A DNA stretch of 64,000 nucleotides from Candidatus Binatia bacterium (GTDB taxonomy: Bacteria > Desulfobacterota > Binatia > Bin18). Of this stretch, positions 56,720-64,000 are shown in pieces (within the stretch, counting starts at the first letter, position 1; the number at the start of each line of letters is the position of its first letter). The stretch is from positions 4,096,001 to 4,160,000 of the forward strand of contig OY761159.2 in the NCBI GenBank assembly GCA_963664395.2, read 5' to 3'. The position numbers and the translations under genes were made by a program. Below the pieces are notes generated by a model. It had not been told where the DNA came from. It made no database searches and worked only from the letters and a program-made list of their open reading frames with translations.

Positions 56720-59602
56720 TTAGCCTGTCGTCGGGAGCTGTTCTTGCTCATGTTGGTGGTATTCTTTCTGAGAAAGGGCCTCCGAGTGAAATTGTATCCC
56801 TGTTTTCGTCACCCGTAAGATCTTCACATCCTGTGGGGACAAGGTGAGGAGGGCACCAATAAATTCATATGGTTTGAGGGTGCCCACATCCGTCATGGCG
56901 ATTTTGACTGAAAGCGTTGTCGGTGTTTCCAGAGTCACGGCTAAAACAACATGCTTGGCATCGATGGTGCGTTCCCGATGACGGGTCCGTTTGCGCAGCG
57001 GGAATGTTTCCGCTTGATGAAATTGACTTAATCGCTCCATCAGGAAGCTCGGAGCGCGTTTTTCCGGGGGAAGCGTATCGAGGCTGACCTGGTAGCGCTG
57101 GGTTGCAATACTAACATCGACGCTCGGTCTGTCCAGACCTATCTGCTGTGCCTGGTGGATATGAAAGCCGCTCGGCAACTCGGCATTCAGGCCTTGTTGT
57201 AACTCTTTTGCCGGCATCTCTTCATTCAGGAGTATATCAAGAAACTCTTCTTCGCTCTCCATGCCTACCGGCAGAGCCGGGCCAAAGCTAATACGGGGCA
57301 GGGGATGAAAGCCCTGGCTGTAGGTAAGGGGGAGGCGCGCCCGGCGACAGGAACGTGCAAACAGTGTCGCGACCTCTTTGGCACCCAGAAAGCGGGCCAT
57401 GCCAAGCTTACTATAACTCAGTCGAAAACGGCAGACGGCCTGTCGCTGATTACCCTGGCTCACCGCGATGGTATTTGGATCACCGGCCAGCCATTCCTCG
57501 GCATTGCCCGAAATTGGGTGTCGAGCGGCGGGGCTTGGCCTCTCGAATTGAGCGGTGGGCGTTGCTTCAAGGGGGACCGCGGTGAGCTTCTCTTCATGCA
57601 ATACGCCCTTATAGCGTTTGATTTTTACCTTTTGTTTTTTTTCTTTTTTCTCCTGCATCAGCTGCCATTGCCGGGTTCCCCAAGCGTCATGGGTTGGCAG
57701 TGTCGCTTGCGCCCACTGATCGACATCCGATCCTCTATGGTCCGCCCCCTTGGCTCCATTCAGGTGATAGGTGACATTGCGGACACTCTTAAAGTCACAC
57801 GCACCACAATACGAGCAGCGTTCCACGCTACAGTCGGGGGTGAGCGTGCCTTCGAGTGCTTTTGCCAGATCTCGCTGGAGCCATTGCTTTGTGACACCAC
57901 TGTCTAAATGATCCCAGGGCAGCGGCTCATCAAGCAGGCGCCGGCGCATATAAAAATTGGGCTCTATGCCGTGTGCACTCAGGGCCTGTTGCCACAGATC
58001 GAGTCGGAATTGCTCTGTCCAGCCGTCAAACCGACAGCCGAGTTGATAGGCGGTCAAGAGGGGAGCTCCCAGGCGACGATCGCCCCGCGCGAAAACACCC
58101 TCAAGGAAGGACAGCCGCGCGTCGTGCCATTTGAATTGAATCCCGTAGCGTCGCAGTTCGCGCCGTAAGAGCCGCTGTCGCGCTTCGGTTTCGTCCAGGT
58201 CCACTTGGGCCGCCCATTGAAACGGCGTGTGCGGTTTGGGGATAAAGGTAGAAACACTGGCCGTGACTTTGCACTGATGCTTGCCGGTCGCAGAGACCTT
58301 ACGGCACAGGTCAACGATACCCAGCAGGTCTTCTTCTGTCTCAGTCGGCTGTCCGAGCATGAAGTACAACTTGACACTTTTCCAACCGAGACTAAACAAC
58401 AGACGGGCGGCCTCAATCAATTCCTCTTCTTTATATTCTTTTTGGATTACATCACGGAGACGCTGTGAGCCAGCCTCGGGAGCAAGGGTAAAGCCCGTTT
58501 TCCGCACCCTGCGGATTTCCTCCAGGATATGGGGGGAGAGCGCGTCTACACGCGTTGAGGGCAGGGAGACTGATACTTTGAGGTCCGAAAAACGATTCAT
58601 AATCGACCGCAGGAGCGGATTAATGCAGCTGTAGTCGCCTGTACTTAAACTGAGCAGGGAGACTTCTTCATAGCCACTCTTTTTGACCAACTGGTCTATC
58701 TGCTCCTGAAGGGCGCGCGGGTCGCGTTCTCGCAACGGGCGATAGATATATCCGGCTTGGCAAAAGCGACAGCCGCGCACGCAGCCGCGCATGACTTCAA
58801 CCGCAACGCGGTCGTGCACGATGTTCACATTCGGCACGACCTGGGTGGTGAGGTTGGGAATGCTATTTAAGTCTTCAACAATCCGCTTTTTCACAACCGT
58901 ATGGTCCGCATAGCGGGGACGGGTGACGCGCAGAGTCCCGCCAGGAGTATATTCCGGCTCAAAAAAGGCAGGGACGTATACTCCGGGAATGTGGCACAGC
59001 ACTCGTAAGAGGGACTCCCGGTCTTTTCCATCCCAGGCTAAATAGGCATCACAGATATCAAAAATCGCCTCCTCACCATCTCCGAGGAGAAAGGCGTCGA
59101 TAAAGTCAGCGATTGGCTCTGGGTGAAATGCGCATGGTCCTCCGGCAATAATCAGCGGATGAGACGCGTTTCGGTCGCGGGCGAGCAGGGGAATCCCGCC
59201 GAGGTCCAGCATCGCCAGGACGTTGGTATAGGTCAGTTCGTACTGAAGGCTGAAGCCAATAATCTGAAAGGCATGTAATGGCCGGTACGTTTCAAGAGAG
59301 ACGAGCGGCAAATGGTGTTGACGAAGCTGCTCCTCCATGTCCAACCACGGCGCGTAGGCGCGTTCAGCTTGAATACCTGGGCGGTTATTGAGTAAGTTAT
59401 ACAGAATTTGTAAGCCGAAATGAGACTGCGCTATTTCGTAGACCTCAGGGAAGGCGAGCGCAAAGTGTAAGCGTATATCCGCCGCGTCTTTGATGATTGT
59501 CCCGAGTTCGCCTCCTGTATAGCGAGAAGGTTGTTCAACCAACGGAAGAATTGTGGCGTAAGCCTGCCGCAGGTCGGTCCGCTCTCTCATCTCCGTACTC
59601 AA
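56720..59602 (-). CDS. TIGR03960-type radical SAM protein fused to TIGR03936/DUF2344 domain
   Basis: V.QPSRY.GGE, FP.VYEI..S, CVRGCRFC, T.APEAGSQRLR; C-terminal YSK.G..RFL...YSQGFHP.PRISFG.ALPVG.ES. Confidence 0.92.
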   Translation of the reverse strand: MSTEMRERTDLRQAYATILPLVEQPSRYTGGELGTIIKDAADIRLHFALAFPEVYEIAQSHFGLQILYNLLNNRPGIQAERAYAPWLDMEEQLRQHHLPLVSLETYRPLHAFQIIGFSLQYELTYTNVLAMLDLGGIPLLARDRNASHPLIIAGGPCAFHPEPIADFIDAFLLGDGEEAIFDICDAYLAWDGKDRESLLRVLCHIPGVYVPAFFEPEYTPGGTLRVTRPRYADHTVVKKRIVEDLNSIPNLTTQVVPNVNIVHDRVAVEVMRGCVRGCRFCQAGYIYRPLRERDPRALQEQIDQLVKKSGYEEVSLLSLSTGDYSCINPLLRSIMNRFSDLKVSVSLPSTRVDALSPHILEEIRRVRKTGFTLAPEAGSQRLRDVIQKEYKEEELIEAARLLFSLGWKSVKLYFMLGQPTETEEDLLGIVDLCRKVSATGKHQCKVTASVSTFIPKPHTPFQWAAQVDLDETEARQRLLRRELRRYGIQFKWHDARLSFLEGVFARGDRRLGAPLLTAYQLGCRFDGWTEQFRLDLWQQALSAHGIEPNFYMRRRLLDEPLPWDHLDSGVTKQWLQRDLAKALEGTLTPDCSVERCSYCGACDFKSVRNVTYHLNGAKGADHRGSDVDQWAQATLPTHDAWGTRQWQLMQEKKEKKQKVKIKRYKGVLHEEKLTAVPLEATPTAQFERPSPAARHPISGNAEEWLAGDPNTIAVSQGNQRQAVCRFRLSYSKLGMARFLGAKEVATLFARSCRRARLPLTYSQGFHPLPRISFGPALPVGMESEEEFLDILLNEEMPAKELQQGLNAELPSGFHIHQAQQIGLDRPSVDVSIATQRYQVSLDTLPPEKRAPSFLMERLSQFHQAETFPLRKRTRHRERTIDAKHVVLAVTLETPTTLSVKIAMTDVGTLKPYEFIGALLTLSPQDVKILRVTKTGIQFHSEALSQKEYHQHEQEQLPTTG

Positions 59603-59712
59603 TATACACCTCTCTCTTCAAATTTATATCGGAAACCCTGCCAGCCCCGCAAGGAGAAGACTCTCGCTCTGGATGGTGCGTCACAGGATAATGTGAAATT
59701 CCCGTGAAAACC

Positions 59713-59741
59713 TTGACACAGCGAATACTGCTGGGTATACG
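59713..59741 (+). promoter_or_regulatory. Candidate sigma70 promoter for the HNH gene
   Basis: TTGACA, 17-bp spacer, TATACG. Confidence 0.55.
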
Positions 59742-59797
59742 AATTCGGTATCCTAAGTCAACGGAAAGCCCTGTTTTTATTGACGGGCTAGGAGCAC

Positions 59798-60403
59798 ATG
59801 AGCGTTCTCAATAGCAAGGTGCTCGTTCTCAATCGATCCTATTTCCCGGTGCATATTACATCGGTACGGAGGGCATTTGCGCTTCTCTATCAGGGGATTG
59901 CGAAAGCGGTTGACCAACAGTATCGAACATTTGACTATGAGAGTTGGAGTGCCCTGTCGGCATCAGTCCACGATGAGACCGTTGGTCTTATTGGTCGCGT
60001 CATCCGGGTTCCGCGCGTCATTCTGCTCGTCTCGTATGACCGGGTTCCTCGGCGCCGGGTACGGTTTAGCCGCTTCAACGTCTTTGCTCGCGATAAGAAT
60101 ACTTGTCAATACTGTGGCAAGCGTTTCTCGCGCAGCGAGCTGAATCTCGATCATGTGATCCCCCGCTCACAGAGGGGGCTCTCGACCTGGGGAAATATTG
60201 TCTGCTCCTGTTTTCGGTGTAACCGAATGAAAGGCGGCCGCCGGCCTGAAGAAGCGGGTATGAGGGTGATCAAGAAGCCGGTTCAACCCGAGTGGACCCC
60301 CTTTATGCTCGAGACCTTTACCTTCAAACGTTACCAGGAGTGGGTGCCTTTTCTCAATGAAGTCGATGCTGCCTACTGGAATACCGAGCTGCTTGAACGT
60401 TAG
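59798..60403 (+). CDS. HNH endonuclease (McrA-like)
   Basis: VLVLNRSY.P, SR.NVF.RD..TCQYCG, LNLDHVIPRS..G..TW.N.V.SC..CN..KG. Confidence 0.92.
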   Translation: MSVLNSKVLVLNRSYFPVHITSVRRAFALLYQGIAKAVDQQYRTFDYESWSALSASVHDETVGLIGRVIRVPRVILLVSYDRVPRRRVRFSRFNVFARDKNTCQYCGKRFSRSELNLDHVIPRSQRGLSTWGNIVCSCFRCNRMKGGRRPEEAGMRVIKKPVQPEWTPFMLETFTFKRYQEWVPFLNEVDAAYWNTELLER

Positions 60404-60573
60404 TTTTCCGTTCGTTTTTATAGATTGTGCTCTATAATTCCTGCTAGATTTCCTTGTATCCACAAGATATAGTGGTGGCGTGATCCCAGAGTCCTTTCCC
60501 TTGGGCGGCTGGTCCCGCAGTTGGTGTGGCATGGGGAAAGAGGCGGGGAGGATTTGGAGGCGTTGTGGGGCAA

Positions 60574-63500
60574 ATGCGGATCAAACAGCTTGAACTACTC
60601 GGATTTAAGTCCTTTAAGCATAAGACGACGCTCACGTTTCCAAAAGGAATCACTGCCGTCGTTGGTCCAAACGGCTGTGGGAAGTCGAACATCGTAGACG
60701 CCTTGCGCTGGGTTTTAGGCGAGCAGAGCGCTCAACATCTCCGCGGCCAGGAGATGAGCGATGTTGTCTTTGCCGGGAATGACGGGAATGCGCCGCTCGG
60801 CATGGCCGATGTATCCCTCCTCTTGGAGAATCCGGATGGCCCTGGTCCGTTCGTCAATGGGACCAACAATGGTGCACATGGGAACGGCACGGTGCCGGAC
60901 TGGACGGAAGTCATGGTCTCGCGGCGCTATTTTCGTTCTGGAGATTCTGAGTACCTGTTCAATAAAGTCCCCTGCCGTTTACGCGATATTGTCGAATTCT
61001 TTCTTGGGACCGGAGCGGGTACCAAAGCCTATTCCATCATTGAGCAAGGTCGTGTCGAGGCGCTGATTAACGCTAAAGCGCAGGACATTCGGGCACTCGT
61101 AGAGGAAGCTGCTGGAGTGAGTTTGTACCGCAGTCGTCGTGTAGCTGCTGAGCGCAAACTCGAACGAACACGAGAAAATTTGTCTCGGCTAGCCGACCTT
61201 CTGCATGAGATGGACCGTCAGGTGGGCTCGCTCCGCCGTCAGGCAAAAAAGACTGAGCGCTATCAAGAGTTCCAAGAGGAGTTGAAAACCATTGACCTCA
61301 CGCTCCTGTGTCGCGCGTACCAAACGTTGACGGAAGAAGTGCACGTCCTGGGCAGCCGGCAGGAGGCGCTCGGACAAGAAGGAGACCGGCTCAACCTCGA
61401 GGCTCATACCCTCCAAGCAGAGCGGACATCCACAGCCGAGCGGGTCGCGCGCGAGGAAGACGCGCTCCGGGAACTCGAAGCGCGTATCCGTAAACTGGAA
61501 AGTACGCTCCAGCAGTCCGAGCAAAAACAGTCTTTCCGAGTGCAGCAGGAGGAGCAGACCCAAGCCCGTCTTGCCAATGCGGAGCAGGACTATCGTCTTG
61601 TGTCAGAGAAAAAAGAGCGAGTGCAACTGGAGTTATCTCAGCGAGCAGCGAGTGCGGCAGAGGTGGCTCAGCAGATGCGCCACGATGAAACCTCCCTGCA
61701 TACGCAAGAGCACGCCCTCGTCGGGCTGCAAGACGCCGCCCTGCAGCACGAACTTCAGACTGAGGAACTCAAAACCGAAATTGTTGATTTACTCACCCGC
61801 GGAGCGCAAGTCCAAAATGCGCTGGTGTACTCCCGTAAACGGACTGAGGAGGTCACTCGACGGTTGGAGGTATTGGCTCACGAAGCCAAGCAGCTGGGCC
61901 AACTCCGAGCAGAGACGGAGCAGGCGCTTGTCACGCTCCAGGAAAAATCATCGCACCTCAGCCAGCGTGTCCAACACGGACAACAGCAGCGCGAAGAAAA
62001 GAGCGCCGGGCTGCGCGCGACTAAGAGTGCCGGAGAACAACTTGATACCACACTCTCTGAGGCGTGGGCCCGGCAAGCAGAATTGCGCGTGCGGTTGACT
62101 ACCTTGGAAGAGCTGGAACAGGAGTACGATCGCTATGACCAAGGAGTTCAGTCGGTCATGGCTGACAGCGACTTTCCTGCGGTTGTTCTTGGGGTCGTGG
62201 CCCAAGTGATAGAAGTGCCGCAAGCCTATGAGCGCGCGGTTGCCGCTGTGTTACGGGAGAAGCTGGAGTATATGGTTGTGGCGGATACCGAGGCCGGCGT
62301 CGTGGCGGTAGACTATTTGAACCAGCTACAGTCCGGGTACGGGCATTTTATCCCGCTCCAACTCCAGTGTGACAAACAGACTCCATGTCTCACTGAGGCT
62401 GGCGAGCCGCTGTGGACGACTGTTGGAGAGGGGATTTCACCCCTCATCCACCATGTTGATATTCCGTCCAGCTATCGACAGATGGTCGAAGCCCTCCTCG
62501 GCGATGTCGTTCTCGTCCCAAACCTCCGAGTTGGGTTGGAACTATGGAACCAGAGCGAGGGCGCTCATACCTATGTCACGCCACAGGGGGAGGTCATTTC
62601 AGCCCTTGGCGGGGTCAGCGGAGGGAGTGGTGGCGTTGCGGGAGCGGTACTCCTTGAGCGGCGGCGCGAAATCCGAGGGTTAAGGCAGGAGCTGCCCCAA
62701 CAGGCTGAGAGCGTTACCACGCTTGTCGAGCGCCGGCAGACCATGAAGCAACGCCAACAGGCATTAGAAGGCGAGTTGCTGCAGATTGAAACCCAAGCCC
62801 GGCAACTGGGCCAAGAGAGTGAAGTACTCCAGCGTGAGGCGGGACAGCTCGAAGGTGAGCTGCGGCGTGTGCTCGACCGTGGAGAAGGGGTTGGCTACGA
62901 ACAGAATGCCTTGGGGCAAGAAAGCCAGTCTTTACAAACCGACATACTGAACGCCCAAACTCAAGAACTCGCCATTGCGACGCAACGTCGAGAGCGTGAG
63001 GTGCTGCTGGCCGTTACGCAAGCAGCGCTGGCAGAAGCAAAGGTTGCTTGTGACCAGCACCGTACCCAGATGGATGATCTGCGTGTCCGCGTTGCCGAAC
63101 ATCGAGAACGCCACGACGGCCTCCACACGCAGGTGAACCAACTCGGGCAACAGGTCCAGGAATTGGAAGAGCGGCTACAGGTCAGCTACGCTGATATCCA
63201 GGCTGGCAAGCAAGCGGCAGAACGCCTCCTGTTGGAAAAGGCCACGTTGGCGGCCCAGGTTACACACACGGCAGCCTCTCTTGATGCGGCGAAAGAAGAA
63301 CGCGCTCGTCGCCAAGCGGAGTGCGCTCAGTTCCGTGCGACGTATCAGCGGTGTGAAACGCGTATCGAAGAGAGCCGGCAGGCAGCCACTCAGCTTCAAG
63401 AGAAAAAAACCCGGATTGAAGTGAGTCTGGCTGAAAAGCGGGTGAGTCGTGAACATCTTGAGGAGACGGTCCAGGAACGCTACCAAGTAAGGTTACCGGA

Positions 63501-64000
63501 GGTCCTTGCGGCCTATAGTAACCAAGAACTCGACCAAGCCGAGGGAGAAGCGCGCCGTCAGGAATTGCGTGAGAAGCTTGCACGACTTGGTGAGGTCAAT
63601 CCGACCGCTGCGGCTGAGCTTGGTGAGGTCCAGGAACGTTTTACTTTTGTTGAATCTCAGAAGGCTGACCTGCTGCGCTCGATTGAGGATTTGCAGGGTA
63701 CGATTAATAAGTTGAATCGTGAGTCGCGGGATCGTTTTCGAGAAACCTTCCACCGCGTAAACGCCAAGTTCAGTGAGGTGTACGCGCGTTTGGTTGACAA
63801 GGGTAAGGCGCATATTGCCCTTACTACTGAATCCGATTTGTCTGAGAGCGGCGTAGAAATAGAAGTCGAACCCCCGGGCAAACGACTCCGTTCTATGCAG
63901 CTTCTCTCTGGAGGAGAGAAAGCCTTGGCCGCGCTGAGTTTCACATTCGCACTGTTTTTGATACGGCCGAGTCCGTTTTGCATCCTGGATGAGGTTGATG
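60574..64000 (+). CDS. smc: Chromosome segregation protein SMC, partial (runs off window; absent from ORF track)
   Basis: MRIKQLELLGFKSF, Walker A GPNGCGKSN, YSIIEQG, coiled coils, hinge VTPQGEVISALGGVSGG, in-frame LSGGEK and PSPFCILDEVD at window end. Confidence 0.96.
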   Translation, partial: MRIKQLELLGFKSFKHKTTLTFPKGITAVVGPNGCGKSNIVDALRWVLGEQSAQHLRGQEMSDVVFAGNDGNAPLGMADVSLLLENPDGPGPFVNGTNNGAHGNGTVPDWTEVMVSRRYFRSGDSEYLFNKVPCRLRDIVEFFLGTGAGTKAYSIIEQGRVEALINAKAQDIRALVEEAAGVSLYRSRRVAAERKLERTRENLSRLADLLHEMDRQVGSLRRQAKKTERYQEFQEELKTIDLTLLCRAYQTLTEEVHVLGSRQEALGQEGDRLNLEAHTLQAERTSTAERVAREEDALRELEARIRKLESTLQQSEQKQSFRVQQEEQTQARLANAEQDYRLVSEKKERVQLELSQRAASAAEVAQQMRHDETSLHTQEHALVGLQDAALQHELQTEELKTEIVDLLTRGAQVQNALVYSRKRTEEVTRRLEVLAHEAKQLGQLRAETEQALVTLQEKSSHLSQRVQHGQQQREEKSAGLRATKSAGEQLDTTLSEAWARQAELRVRLTTLEELEQEYDRYDQGVQSVMADSDFPAVVLGVVAQVIEVPQAYERAVAAVLREKLEYMVVADTEAGVVAVDYLNQLQSGYGHFIPLQLQCDKQTPCLTEAGEPLWTTVGEGISPLIHHVDIPSSYRQMVEALLGDVVLVPNLRVGLELWNQSEGAHTYVTPQGEVISALGGVSGGSGGVAGAVLLERRREIRGLRQELPQQAESVTTLVERRQTMKQRQQALEGELLQIETQARQLGQESEVLQREAGQLEGELRRVLDRGEGVGYEQNALGQESQSLQTDILNAQTQELAIATQRREREVLLAVTQAALAEAKVACDQHRTQMDDLRVRVAEHRERHDGLHTQVNQLGQQVQELEERLQVSYADIQAGKQAAERLLLEKATLAAQVTHTAASLDAAKEERARRQAECAQFRATYQRCETRIEESRQAATQLQEKKTRIEVSLAEKRVSREHLEETVQERYQVRLPEVLAAYSNQELDQAEGEARRQELREKLARLGEVNPTAAAELGEVQERFTFVESQKADLLRSIEDLQGTINKLNRESRDRFRETFHRVNAKFSEVYARLVDKGKAHIALTTESDLSESGVEIEVEPPGKRLRSMQLLSGGEKALAALSFTFALFLIRPSPFCILDEVD

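Noticed and set aside
59747-60403. HEARO/omega-RNA with IscB
   Set aside because: The leader has GTCAAC..AAGCCC..TTGAC but is only ~50 nt, and the protein lacks PLMP/RRXRR and RuvC motifs.
60732-63983. Many short ORFs at the window end
   Set aside because: All overlap the single smc frame starting at 60574.

Overview
64-kb, roughly 58-60% GC (estimated by eye) chromosomal segment from a Gram-negative bacterium. Gene content and a giant GLUG/Ig-repeat surface protein suggest a deltaproteobacteria-like (Binatia-type), possibly host-associated organism; that assignment is inference only. The window holds CoA/aldehyde catabolic genes, ilvD, duplicated M20 amidohydrolases, copA-eutBC-hslR-ltaE, an EF-P with Asn at the tip residue, and a Fur/Zur-linked metal-uptake operon (OM channel, ABC, ZIP). 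It also holds a dsrE + tusA-metE(core) pair divergent from metY-metX-metW, a decaying toxin-antitoxin/methyltransferase islet, a Csp copper-storage gene next to a damaged TonB receptor, a tungsten-type AOR, rng, a radical SAM fusion, an HNH gene and a partial smc. Top finding: a sterol-desaturase-rhodanese fusion whose catalytic Cys codon is an in-frame TGA followed by a SECIS-like hairpin, i.e. a probable selenoprotein that the ORF track truncates. Second: the sulfur-carrier-fused core methionine-synthase module. No tRNA, rRNA, CRISPR array or transposase was recognised.
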